Part shown: piece by piece, positions 1 to 11,359 of the stretch
Layout of the letters: every line of letters starts with the position of its first letter
How positions within the stretch are numbered: position 1 is the stretch's first letter
Assembly: GCA_030295235.1 (NCBI GenBank)
Contig: AP026157.1
Location: 124,001 to 188,000, forward strand
Length of the DNA: 64,000 nt
From: Fistulifera solaris
Lineage: Eukaryota
Direction: 5' to 3'
Made by a program: the position numbers and the translations under genes
The notes under the pieces: model-generated
What the model saw: the letters and a program-made list of their open reading frames with translations, nothing else
The model's database searches: none
What the model was told of the DNA's origin: nothing

Positions 1-380
1 AAGTTACTGGAAAAAATCATACTACTGATTGACTACGAAGGCTGGTCGTTATCGAATGCCCCACCCATGTCGACCACGAAAGCCACCTTGCACATATTGC
101 AACACATGTATCCGGAACGCATGTACCGGGCCTTTTGTTTGCATCCCCCTTTGATTTTTCGGGCGTTTTGGAATATGGTCCGGCCGTTTATTGATCCGGT
201 CACCAAGGAAAAAATTGTCTTTGTCACGGCAGGGAAAACACAACAGCAATTGTGGTCCTTAATGACCGATCATCAGCAAGATTTGAAACGGGCGCGGGTG
301 GGACCTTGTCACCACAGGATTTTGATTCCGCACAGTATTTGCAATTGCCATTGGAGGAAGCCTTTCCGACGCGAAAGTAA
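1..380 (+). CDS. CRAL-TRIO (Sec14-like) lipid-binding protein, 3' part (5' end outside window; apparent frameshift near 291)
   Basis: Frame 1 from base 1 reads KLLEKIILLIDYEGWSLSNAPPMSTTKATLHILQHMYPERMYRAFCLHPPLIFRAFWNMVRPFIDPVTKEKIVFV, matching the CRAL-TRIO 'LQxxYPER...P..F...W..v.PF.D..T..KI.F' signature. A shifted frame continues AGGTLSPQDFDSAQYLQLPLEEAFPTRK* (TAA 378-380). Confidence 0.85.
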
Positions 381-418
381 GTTAGTAGTAAATGTATGTT
401 ATTATTTGTAATGTTTTT

Positions 419-1129
419 TTATAATTGCGCGGCCGCTGCCGCATCGACGATCCACGTGACACTTTGTTGAGGCGTCACGGCACCACAGGGGAACGGAGCC
501 GGATCTCTCATGGTGACCGTCGCCGTTCGTATACCGCCATCACTGTCGTCCAATTGTACGTTCTGAAAGATTTGTGACAAGACGGGTGCTTTGGCCGAGC
601 CGGCTCCGACAAAGATGACGTGTTGCGTTGCTTGCAGTGCTTTCAATGTCAAGGTAATGCGGTGCGGTGGGGGTTTGGGGGAATCTACAATGGCATCGAC
701 TTGTTGCGAAGAATGCAACAAAGCGTGCTGCGGAAATAACGAGCAGGTGTGTCCATCTTCTCCAAATCCCAAGACGGCCAAATCCAAGCCTGCATGTGGA
801 AGTTGTTGTTGTTCATAATCGCGAGCACACGCGTGGGGATCTTCCAACAAATGTTCATTGATGCCATGAATGCGTTCGGCAGGAATGTGTTGCAAACACG
901 CCCGCAAAGCCCCGAGATTCGAATCGGGATGCGTCGATGGAACACAGCGTTCATCGGCCAAATAAATATGCCATTGCCATTCCGGACGTAAGCTTAATAA
1001 AGAAGGAAGCGAACCACCCGAGAGAGCGACATGTTCGATGGATCGTTTCTCCAACTCTTGCGTGAGACATGAGGCAATTTCTTGTTTCGTAGGAACAACG
1101 AACAGTGTGGCGGTACGAGGCGATGCCAT
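419..1129 (-). CDS. PGL: 6-phosphogluconolactonase
   Basis: Motifs VALSGGSLP, LADERCVPSTHPDSN, DLAVLGFGEDGHTCSLFP, DSPKPPPHRITLT and W.vD.aAA. First in-frame ATG near the domain is at 1129. Confidence 0.93.
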   Translation of the reverse strand: MASPRTATLFVVPTKQEIASCLTQELEKRSIEHVALSGGSLPSLLSLRPEWQWHIYLADERCVPSTHPDSNLGALRACLQHIPAERIHGINEHLLEDPHACARDYEQQQLPHAGLDLAVLGFGEDGHTCSLFPQHALLHSSQQVDAIVDSPKPPPHRITLTLKALQATQHVIFVGAGSAKAPVLSQIFQNVQLDDSDGGIRTATVTMRDPAPFPCGAVTPQQSVTWIVDAAAAAQL

Positions 1130-1710
1130 AGTCAATACTGTTGATAAAGCAGCTTCAATGAACGATAGGATAGGAAAGAAAGCAAGTAGAGCAACAACAG
1201 CAAACGATACTCGTATAGACTGCGAAGAGTTTCGATCGAAAAAGACGCGCGAGTTTTTTTTGGAGTGTTGGTTGCATCCCTCATTCGTTCGTGACCACAC
1301 TTCATTCAAGGGTTTGACGTCATCAATAACAGTCACGCAACGGTGGTACACTGTTGTATGGCAATGGACAACGTTCAACGTCCATTTCACACGGATCAAG
1401 TGAACAACAAACAACAAACACGTATTCTCTTCTTGGCAAGAGGCAAGATTTCTGACTTTGTACTCCGCAAAGCCGTAAGTTGAGTCCTACTGGAATTAGA
1501 AGCGATCCAAGATTCCCGGTCGAATGAATCATCTTGCCCTAAATAAGCCCTCTTTAGTGTGATGACGTGTTCATCTCCACAGGATGAAAACTTTATAGAA
1601 ACGTCTATCATTGGCCTTTTCCTACAAGAAATGGAAAATTCAGTCAAATGTCGAAAAAGCATCTGCATTTCAGGAAAATTAGGAATAAATATGATACTAA
1701 ACAAATAATG

Positions 1711-1882
1711 ATACTCCCATTCATTCCATTCAACCGTTACAAACGATACACAGTTCGTCATCACGGCAAGAATGTGTGACAGGAGAAGCTTACGTGAGCG
1801 CAACAAGCAAGAACGAACCAAGATAGAATGATCAAAGCCAACAGATCCAAAATATCCAAAAGATGAGCTCACAAAATCAAAT
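1711..1882 (+). promoter_or_regulatory. Conserved upstream blocks shared with the copy-2 upstream region (4153-4317)
   Basis: ATACTCCCATTCATT, AATGTGTGACNGGANAAGCTTACG, GAACGAACCAAGATAGAA and AGCTCACAAAATCAAAT occur in the same order upstream of both copies, while the spacers between them diverge. Confidence 0.5.
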
Positions 1883-1936
1883 CTTGTGCCAAAATCAAAC
1901 ACACACCAGCATAACAGACACGAACATAACACCGTC

Positions 1937-2449
1937 ATGACTTTCAACTCCAAGATCTCGTTCTTCGTTGCCTTGGCCATTTTGGCCATGTCGCAGGCCC
2001 GAATTGAGGGCGACTTTGAACGCTCGGCCGTTTCTCGTTTGATTGACAGTTGCGAATTCATTCGTCCCATCATCGGTGGCGGTGATGACGACAGCGAAGA
2101 CGATAAGAATACCGGAATTGATTATGGCGATGGCGAGGACGATGAAGACGATGAAGAAGATGATCAAGACGGCGTGGATGATGTCGATGAGGAAGAAGAC
2201 GACCAAGACGGTGAAGACGATCAAGATGACGTGGACGACGTCGGTGACGATCATGGTGATGATAATGAAGACGACAATGGAGACAATACCGGTGACGATA
2301 ACGGAGATGACACTGGTGACCATCACGGAGACGATGCCGGTGACGATCACGGAGATGACACTGGGGACGACAATGGCGATGATACCGGTGATGATAATGG
2401 TGATGATATTGGAGATGACAATGGAGACGATACCGGCGACGACAACTAG
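1937..2449 (+). CDS. Secreted Asp-rich acidic protein, family copy 1 (GDDN/GDDT repeats)
   Basis: MTFNSKISFFVALAILAMSQA signal peptide, conserved RIEGDFERSAVSRLIDSCEFIRPIIGGG, then a D/E/G-rich tail with 12-bp GDD(N/T/H) repeats. Confidence 0.85.
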   Translation: MTFNSKISFFVALAILAMSQARIEGDFERSAVSRLIDSCEFIRPIIGGGDDDSEDDKNTGIDYGDGEDDEDDEEDDQDGVDDVDEEEDDQDGEDDQDDVDDVGDDHGDDNEDDNGDNTGDDNGDDTGDHHGDDAGDDHGDDTGDDNGDDTGDDNGDDIGDDNGDDTGDDN

Positions 2450-4361
2450 GATAAAATCGCCAGCAGAGATAATGACAACATGTGAATCTAGATCAACAAC
2501 TTTTTTCGAACCTCATGCGCTTAAACTTCGACTCGACTCGAACTTGTCCCTTTCTTGCACTGTCTTTTACAAGCTAACCCTTGGCAGAACGAAACAATAG
2601 TCCAAGTTCTCTAGGTCTCCTCGATACTTAGTGCGTCAACAACTTTGAGGGCAGGTATTTCAGTCATGAAAATGCTTGACTCAGATTGTTCAAGAGCCTA
2701 AGTACGGGTACCGGTACGTCGTTCCCCATCATTTCGTTCGCATCTTCGTCGAGCCAAGGGTCGAGCGTCGAGCGGTTTTTTGTTTCAACGCAAAAATAAA
2801 ACCGTTCAAATCAATCAGCACTGACTTTTGATTCTAGCAATTATGAACTGTCTTTAAAGGCCCGGATCGCCTGACATGGTTATCAGCGGCACCGTTGACT
2901 TGCAAGCGTGGATACCAAGCATATACGGACAAGACGCAATCACTGCCCAGCTGGAAAAAAGCTTTAAAAGAGGCAGCACGACGACAACTCATAGCATGTA
3001 ACCAATCACCCGAAGATGACAAAAGTTGGTTACGCAGCACATCGCCCTTTTTAATTAGCTACGAAAGTAAGACGGCTTGATGAAAACATGACAAGGAAAG
3101 CAACGTCGATCCATGCGATGATGTTGAAGTCAAAAGATAAGCCAAAGAATCTAAATGACGAAGAATAAAGAAAGTCGATGAGCGAGTAAATGATGGGGTC
3201 TTCACAAACGTTGTTGCGTCGAGAATAATGACGACGCCGGAAGTGACGATAATTGCTGAATAAGAGTCGGAGGCGATAGACGCGACAACGGAAATGAGTC
3301 AATAAGATAACGGCGAGGATGTATTTATGATCATCTCGAAGCGGACGAGAATGGCGAAAATGATATTTGTGGCCAGAGTTGTGATTTGGGAAGAATTAAA
3401 GATGGAGTACAGGTTGGCAAATGAGATCTTCCTAGGCGGAAGCAAAGAGCGAGACCAGACGAATAGGGCCTCTTTTGCAAAAAACGATCCGTGGATAATG
3501 CAGGATGGCGACTCGAGGTGAAAGTAAGATGTGATGCAATTTTGTGGCTGATCAAGAGTGAATGATTTGTCAACGCTTGTTGAATAAAATAAAATGGTGA
3601 TGAAAGACTGCCAAATATGAAAAATCAAAGAACTTTCGTAATTTATCTACCTGGTAGGCTAGACGCTAAACTGCAAAAGATTAACTGGATTTGGGAATCA
3701 ATAGATCCTCATTCACAAGTCCGTATAACAACTTGGACGTGGGAACATTAGGTAGACACTACATAGGCCTGTTTCGCGACGTTGAACATCGAACATTGAC
3801 GGGAGGTTTGAGATTCGCTTTTGCGATCCTTGCGACGACGACTAGGTCCGGTAGACCTTAGCCTTAGCCCTCCAATTGGTTCCTGGTTCGCAATTCGATT
3901 CGCAGTTTGTGTTGACATTGGAAACGAGAAACGACCGAATACGTGACGAGTGAAGTGCGATGATTCTTGTGAGGCCTTGGTTTTGGCCTATTATCTACTA
4001 TCCCCTGTCACTACTTTATCACGTAGAGTAAAACCATAAGTACTCGCTGGGTCGATGACCGATAACGTTGACGTGGGTCTTGTCAAAAGTCCAAGTCCCA
4101 AGTCCCAAGAGAACAATAGAGGAATCAATAAGCCCATCCGAGCTATAGGTCTATACTCCCATTCATTTTGTGCATTTCTTACACAATTAACAACGCAGTA
4201 ATGTGTGACCGGATAAGCTTACGCAAGAGATCGGCAAAAAAGCAGGAACGAACCAAGATAGAAAGATTTCATCGCTGAAGTAATCAAATAATGAAAGTTA
4301 AGCTCACAAAATCAAATTCCGTGCCAAGCAAACACGCCAGCAAAACAAACAAGAAGAAAAT

Positions 4362-4733
4362 ATGACTTTCCACTCCAAGATCTCGTTTTTCGTTGCCTTG
4401 GCCATCTTGGCCATGTCGCAGGCCCGAATTGAGGGCGACTTTGAACGCTCAGCCGTTTCTCGTTTGATTGACAGTTGCGAGATCATTCGTCCCATCATCG
4501 GTGGCGGTGATGACGACAGCGAGGATGATAAGAATACTGAAATTGACGATGGCGATGACGAAGACGATGAAGATGATCAGGATGATGGAGACGACAACGG
4601 TGATGATACGGGAGACGATACCGGAGACGATACTGCAGATGATACCGGTGACGACAATGGAGATGATACCGGTGATCACACCGGAGACGATACTGGAGAT
4701 GACAATGGAGACGATACCGGCGATGACAACTAG
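4362..4733 (+). CDS. Secreted Asp-rich acidic protein, family copy 2 (recent duplicate of copy 1)
   Basis: N-terminal ~55 aa nearly identical to copy 1, shorter GDDT/GDDN tail, and homologous 5' and 3' flanks. Confidence 0.85.
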   Translation: MTFHSKISFFVALAILAMSQARIEGDFERSAVSRLIDSCEIIRPIIGGGDDDSEDDKNTEIDDGDDEDDEDDQDDGDDNGDDTGDDTGDDTADDTGDDNGDDTGDHTGDDTGDDNGDDTGDDN

Positions 4734-5923
4734 GAGAAAATCGACAGCAGAGATAATAACATAACTCTAGAATCTAATTTTACGTGTTAGTTCACAAAGT
4801 CGGTTATGGCTGCCATCAGAGAGCATTCAGCACGTAGCGCCATTGTCAAAGTCGGGTTGTTACGTTCTTTTTGCAAGGGACTTGCAACGACGGAATCATG
4901 CGGGATGCATTTTCATCGCTCAAGATACCCATCTGCGGGAAACGACGTTAAAATTCTGCCTCGCCGTAGGCTCTACGTAGAAACTTGTACTGAGAGGCAG
5001 AATTTTAACGTCATTTCCAGAGTATCCCAGGATTGGCGGACGTCACCCTGTCTTGTCGCAGTTTTGTTACCTCTACTCCGCAGCTAGTATCTACCAGCCG
5101 CCCTACTTTTTGTTGTCCTCTAGCAAGATTTGCTCCCAGATGTGTGATTCACGAATTCATTGATTATTGATTACCCACTCCGTTTTTGGTATCACGTATC
5201 CTACTAAAGCCCTTGCTTGGTGCGTCTAGTAATGTGCATTCTTGCTTTCAACTTTTACGAGATACTCTATTTCCAAGGCGTTTGACTGATCATCAGCATC
5301 TTTATTGCCCGACGAACAACAAGACATAAGACAAGACGGAAAGTTCTCATGTTTATGTTCAATCGTTTGAATATTATTTACAATCCTAAATATTTATTCC
5401 TAATTTCCTAAAGTCCGAATGAATTTTCTCATTCGACTGAATTCACGACTCAAAAGTGTGCGGAAGCTATAATTATCAGTACCGGGACGACAACTGACTC
5501 GTTCATAATTAAGGCGAAATAATGATCTTCGTCCGTCGTTTTTATCCGTCGTTCATTTTCGGTCGCTCTTTGTTCGTTGTTTGGAAACATGGTGTCCATT
5601 CGCACCAAAATTATTATCGATCTTATTCAGATGAATCTATCGTTCAATTGCTTTTACGATGCAGATTCCTTTCTAGATTCGTTGCAAAGATGTATCAATG
5701 GAGCACAATCGCTAAACAGTTTTGGGCGAACGTGCTATATAATACATAAATGCGTGAACACGACACTTTCAATTCCCATTATTTCTTGCGATACGGAATG
5801 CATGATTTGCGGAGAATGCGTGATGATGTTGACCAGCAAGAAAGAATGCGAGAAAGATGATCTTTTCCGATGGGCTCACAAAAACGTGACACAAGAAAAC
5901 TTACATCGACACAACACATCTCA

Positions 5924-6728
5924 ATGACTAACAAGCCATCGATTCTTAGCACGGTCTTGGCCATTCTCGCCCTCTCGCATGCCCGCATTCAAGGTGATTA
6001 TGAGCCAGCTAGCTTATCGCGTTTGATTCGAAGCTGTGAAGTCATTCGTCCGGTGCTTGGTGGTGATCAAGAAGACGACGAAGATGATAAAGGTGTCGAT
6101 ACATTTTAGGTCAAGATGATGAACCGGAGGAGGATGAAGACGACGACGAGGGCTCGACCGAAGTAGGCGATCCGACTGAAGACGAAGCAAATGATAGTGG
6201 AATCGAATTTGGAGTTGAAGACGACAACGCCGAGGATGACACTGAAATCGAGCAAGGAGACGATCCAAATGAAGACACACAAGATGATAGCGAGATTGAA
6301 AGCGGAGTGGAAGATGACAACGGCGAAGACGACTTCGCGGCGAGGATAGCGAGATCGAAACGAGCGGAAGATGACAACGGCGAAGACGACTTCGGCAAGA
6401 ATATCGATTGGGAGATAACAACGGCGAAGATGACTTCGGCGTAGATAACCAAGCTGAAACCGGAGTGGAAGATGACAACGGTGACGACGAGTTCAGCGAG
6501 GATAGCAAGATTGAAACCGGAGTGGAAGATGACAACGGCGACGGTAATGCCATTGAAGTTGAGACCGGAGACGATAAAGGCGACGATGCAACCTCAGTGA
6601 GGCCCATTGATGCTAACAGAGTTGTTGATAGCGAATCTGAAACTGGAGATATGAATGGTATTGATGAGCAAGATGTTGACGAAGATAACGACGAAGAAAA
6701 CGAGAAAGAAAAGGAAAGCAAAGATTGA
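5924..6728 (+). CDS. Secreted acidic protein, family copy 3 (GVEDDNGEDDF repeats); frameshifted near 6100, 6336-6362 and 6408 (pseudogene or assembly errors)
   Basis: MTNKPSILSTVLAILALSHA-RIQGDYEPASLSRLIRSCEVIRPVLGG, then acidic repeats (SEIESGVEDDNGEDDF, SKIETGVEDDNG) split across reading frames. Confidence 0.7.
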
Positions 6729-7593
6729 TTGAGGGTGACGAGACGATAGATATCTAGTAACGGATTAGGCTGCGTTTAGTTGTTCCTTGAATTTATACAC
6801 GACACCGTGGAAACGCATTCGTTGGTCGTTTTGGAAGCGCCTTGATTTTGGACAGTCCCCAACGCTAATTTACGTTCAGTCGCAACCGTTTGCTCATGTT
6901 TCGCAAAAAGTGAGTAGAGAGCTGGCTTCATGGTACTGGCGCTCAAAGATAACAAGCCCTCTTATTGCCATTACTCGCATGAAGCATTTTATACGTACAC
7001 GACACACGACGCTGAGCAAACGCAAAAAGCTAGCCCTGGAACCTGGATCCTACATGGTGGATAGTGGACTACTCATATTTTCTTTATCGATAAGAAATGA
7101 CAAAGGACACTTACCATCTAAAAATGACATTGAAAACTTTTAGCTGGTAGACTGGTAGACTCTCTTAGATCTCCAAAAGCTTCGTTTCGTTTCATCTAGC
7201 ATCGCGGGGATCGGAATTGGGTCCCGCCAGTTTACACCGGTATCAAGTTCAATAGTTCAATATTTAACCCTTGTTTCCAGCGAGACTTGAAAATTGAAAA
7301 AGTGAAAATATTCCCCATGTCCAAAGACCGACAGACCAACTCGACAGCTTCTCCATTCCTACTTTTGAATTCTTCTTCTAAAGTCCATAGTGCTGTGGCT
7401 TTCCACTATGTTTATTCAAAAATGCCGACCGAAGTGACGAAACGGGTTGAAGATTGTAGCTTGGAGCGACAAAGAATTCTTTTCGGTGAGGTTTGTAGCA
7501 AACGCCGCAGGTCGCACGTTGTCAAGAAATATTGGCCGCCGCCCTCAGACGCACAAATTGTTCACGCAAAAACCACCCCCAGCAAGTTATAAC

Positions 7594-7821
7594 ATGACTA
7601 GTTACTCGAAGCTTACCATTCTGATCGGCGTCGCCGTCCTTGCTCTTTCTCAAGCCCGTATTGAAGGCGATGGTGAGCGTCCCTTGTCTCGTTGGATTCA
7701 AAACTGCGAGTTTATTCGACCGGTGTTTGGTGGTGGGGATGACAGCCAAGATGATAGCGGCGACGACAGCGAAGACGACAGTGAGGATGACCGCGCTAAC
7801 ACTACCGGTGTTGCGAACTAA
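7594..7821 (+). CDS. Secreted small acidic protein, family copy 4 (75 aa)
   Basis: MTSYSKLTILIGVAVLALSQA-RIEGDGERPLSRWIQNCEFIRPVFGGG-DDSQDDSGDDSEDDSEDD. Confidence 0.8.
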   Translation: MTSYSKLTILIGVAVLALSQARIEGDGERPLSRWIQNCEFIRPVFGGGDDSQDDSGDDSEDDSEDDRANTTGVAN

Positions 7822-9593
7822 GCGTCGGTGCGTGTTCCAAGTCAGCGAAAGAAATGTAATTGCCAGCAGTCGAGGCATGCAAGACTTATTGTTTGATTTA
7901 TTCGAGCGATACCAGGATATTTGTACTCTTTAAGACTTTTAGCACAGGCAATTAATTTCGTAAGTCGTATTGTGATTCGTTGCTTCAATTGGAGCTTTTT
8001 GTATCGATAGTGAGGTTATATTCGTTGCCACAACTCTCTCCAGATTGACCGTATTTGAACATTTTAAAGTATGATTTTGTTCGAGCAGCACTGCTTGAGC
8101 CACAAATGCAACGTTGCATCCTTCTGCTGACATCTTTTCAACTTATTCGACAAAGAAAAGTGCCGAACTGGATCGATATCATAAAAAGCAGAAGGAAGCG
8201 GCACGATTTCGATAAAAGGCTCATTTTTGAAGGGTTGTATTGTTGAAAAGCGAGTGTCTTGTCTGAAGCATAGTAGGTCTCTTTTCCTTTGATATTTTTC
8301 GTGGCCTGCTTTATTCAGTTTTCGGCTCGTGTTTCTTTATTGGCCTCGAGCAAAATGGGTTCTGTCAAAAACGTTAAACGCATTATTCGGAACAGATTGG
8401 AGTGATTGACTTAAAAGTCAATACAAGTGCTTGCTCGCCTTTTTCGGGTTTTATCGGAGTAGATCGCAGTTTAAAAATCGTTTAGCAACAGAATCCTCCG
8501 CATAGCTGGTCGACGGCGAGGAAAGCTTTCGAATGCAATTTGATTACGGAAACTTCGGCAAATAAACTAATTGATAGCGTCATGTCTGTCTAAAAAAGAT
8601 TACTGGTGGTTCGTTTTGTTCACAATGCCGCCTGAAATCAAGTGTACCCTACCCTTAGTCGACGGATGAATTCAAAATATTGAGTGGGCAATGCGCGGTA
8701 CATTATTTAGTCTGACAGAAGTGACAACCTTGTAGACCATCTTGTTTGAATCGATTAGGCAGAAAGCTATATTTATGTTGGTTTCCCTGCACGACGCAAC
8801 AGATTAGCATCGTTTTCGAAACGGAAAAGAAAGAGCAGGTTATTTTTCTAGGTCAATAGGTCTAGCGTTTTCACATTGCTAGAATTTCCAGCTCTTTACG
8901 ATGAATCAATAGAGTTTACTATTAGTTGTTACAACGACAGAGGTGCTGTTAGAACAGGCATTTTGAAGAGCGTGTTTCCCTAGCTGACAACTTGCGATGT
9001 GCAATTAGCCCCGTGTAATATGACAAAGTGTGATGCACTTTCATCGAGAAAGAATGCTAGGCGTCCAACGCAGGCGACTGTCAACTCAGTTTCCATTATA
9101 CATAGCACATGAACGTATGATGTTTGATTTCCATGGAAAGCACAAGCCTTCGAAGACCGTCCCGGGTCCCGAGTCACGCGTTCTTCTTGTACATCTTGAC
9201 TTATAGTAGATTTCAGTCAATAGCGGATAAGGTCACCTGATACGACTCACTGTCAGATACTTAAGGATATCAGTACCGGTGCGCGATAATGGACTCCCGC
9301 CTGATTACGCTTTTCAAAATCCCTTTTACAATTCCGTCAAACAGAGCTATGATTCCTTTTCTCGCCATGTCGTTCGTGCATTGTTTCATTCATGGTTCTT
9401 GTTGAGTTTTATTTCATTTGAATCTTTGATCCGAGCACGTCGGAGGAGCCATAAGATATTTTGAATCTTGCACCTGTGACTCGGTACGTCGTATCATATC
9501 CAACAACAAAAGGATGAGATCCATTTCAAAAGATGCTCATAATTTCATGGTTCTCAAACAACCGAAACAAATACACAGCCCAACCTCACCATC

Positions 9594-10667
9594 ATGACCG
9601 CTTTTTCTAAACTATCCATCTTTCTCGTGGGAGTGGCCTTTCTTGCCTCTACTCAGGCTCGCCTTCAAGGCGAATTCGAGCATCCATTTTCTCGCTGGGC
9701 GCTCCTCAAGCTTCGCATCGGTGGAGACGATAACAAGTTGCTCGACATCAATGTTGGTGGCGATGACAAGCTCCTTGACGTCCAGATCGGTGACGACGAA
9801 GACAAGCTCTTGGATGTTGAAGTCGGTGGGGACCATGAACTTGTCAATGCCGAGGTTGGTGACGACGAGGACAAGCTTCTAGACGTTGAAGTCGGCGGCG
9901 ACCATGAACTTGTCAATGCTGAGGTCGGTGACGATGAAGACAAGCTTCTCGACGTTGAAGTCGGCGGTGACGACAAGCTGCTCGATGCTGAGGTTGGTGA
10001 CGACGAAGACAAACTCTTGGATGTTGAAGTCGGCGGCGACCATGAACTTGTCAATGCTGAGGTCGGTGACGATGAAGACAAGCTTCTCGACGTTGAAGTC
10101 GGCGGTGACGACAAGCTGCTCGATGCTGAGGTTGGTGACGACGAAGACAAACTCTTGGATGTTGAAGTCGGCGGCGACCATGAACTTGTCAATGCTGAGG
10201 TCGGTGACGATGAAGACAAGCTTCTCGACGTTGAAGTCGGCGGTGACGACAAGCTGCTCGATGCTGAGGTTGGTGACGACGAAGACAAACTCTTGGATGT
10301 TGAAGTCGGTGGGGACCATGAACTTGTCAATGCCGAGGTTGGTGACGACGAAGACACGCTTCTCGACGTTGAAGTCGGCGGTGACGACAAGCTGCTCGAT
10401 GCTGAGGTTGGTGACGACGAAGACAAACTCTTGGATGTTGAAGTCGGCGGCGACCATGAACTTGTCAATGCTGAGGTCGGTGACGATGAAGACAAGCTTC
10501 TCGACGTTGAAGTCGGCGGCGACCATGAACTCGTCAATGCTGAGGTCGGTGACGATGAAGACAAGCTTCTCGACGTTGAAGTCGGCGGCGACCATGAACT
10601 CGTCAATGCTGAGGTCGGTGACGACGAAGACAAACTCTTGGACGTTGAAGTCGGCGGCGAAAATTAA
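9594..10667 (+). CDS. Secreted acidic tandem-repeat protein, divergent family copy 5
   Basis: MTAFSKLSIFLVGVAFLASTQA-RLQGEFEHPFSRW, then ~12.6 copies of a 23-aa repeat; intact ORF. Confidence 0.85.
   Translation: MTAFSKLSIFLVGVAFLASTQARLQGEFEHPFSRWALLKLRIGGDDNKLLDINVGGDDKLLDVQIGDDEDKLLDVEVGGDHELVNAEVGDDEDKLLDVEVGGDHELVNAEVGDDEDKLLDVEVGGDDKLLDAEVGDDEDKLLDVEVGGDHELVNAEVGDDEDKLLDVEVGGDDKLLDAEVGDDEDKLLDVEVGGDHELVNAEVGDDEDKLLDVEVGGDDKLLDAEVGDDEDKLLDVEVGGDHELVNAEVGDDEDTLLDVEVGGDDKLLDAEVGDDEDKLLDVEVGGDHELVNAEVGDDEDKLLDVEVGGDHELVNAEVGDDEDKLLDVEVGGDHELVNAEVGDDEDKLLDVEVGGEN
9789..10660 (+). repeat. 69-bp coding tandem repeat (two variants; partial 138-bp higher-order AB unit)
   Basis: Units DDEDKLLDVEVG-GDHELVNAEVG (A) and DDEDKLLDVEVG-GDDKLLDAEVG (B), in the order AABABABABAAA plus a partial unit; period 9789 to 9858 is 69 bp. 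Confidence 0.95.
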
Positions 10668-11359
10668 GGCACAAGGGGGAAGCTGCTCGACATGCGTCGT
10701 AGATTGTTGCTTACATTAAAAAAATAGGACCATTCTTTCGTAGAGCATCTGTATTTTTTCTCATTCTTTTGAAGTCATGTGAGTCTCTATTGCAACTAGT
10801 TGATTGTCGTTTTTTTGCTCGTTGTGTCAAGATATCCCGAGGGAGCGGCTAACTATCATTCGCACAGCGCTGATTTCCTCCATCCTTCGTGGCCCGCTTC
10901 GATAAATCAGAACGCACGTTCACTCTCTCCTGTTGTTGCAATCAAGATTCAAGCAATAGTAGAATTTGCGATCCTACTAGCAAGAAATGATGTCAAGAGA
11001 TGGAGTCCTCAGGTATACCCTATGAGGATTCAATGTGAATGAACATGCTTCGTGTCGTCGCGGATTTCTTGGTTTATTCCTTCAGTATTATTTTTCGTAA
11101 ACGGCGAAAGTCAAGTCGTGCCGTGAACCGTGAAGAAATTAGGCACGGTAAACGTACAAACGAATGAGGTAACTCCGGGTTTCTTTGCTTAGCAAACGAA
11201 AAACAAAAAAATACTCCGGAGTAGTCTACTGGTACTGGTACCAGTACGGTACCCGTACTCCGTATAACCTTTGCAAACACGCTCTTCTCGCCGCTCTCTT
11301 CCCTTCATTCTTTCTTACTTCCTTCATACTTCTTTCCTTCTTTCATTCTCTCTGTTATC

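Noticed and set aside
2834..3628. Short ORFs between copies 1 and 2
   Set aside because: No recognisable motif, joinable splice pattern or element termini; possibly decayed sequence, but unsupported.
6093..6109. 17-nt GT...AG segment whose removal would restore the frame of copy 3
   Set aside because: Far shorter than the other introns here (about 58-103 nt). A 1-nt deletion explains it equally well, and further slips follow in the same gene.
1937..7821. Calling the acidic proteins silaffins or silacidins
   Set aside because: They lack KxxK/Ser-rich silaffin repeats and RRL-separated Ser-rich silacidin units; only the acidity is analogous.
9789..10660. Regular repeat array as a possible CRISPR or satellite
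   Set aside because: No unique spacers; the 69-bp unit is in frame within a signal-peptide ORF, and the context is eukaryotic.
9665..10719. Long alternative-frame and antisense ORFs (Ser/Thr-rich, MVAADFNV..., MKSAATMN...)
   Set aside because: Shadows of the stop-free coding repeat. The same applies to shadow ORFs over 1895-2600, 6014-6721, 59429-59888 and 63049-63957.
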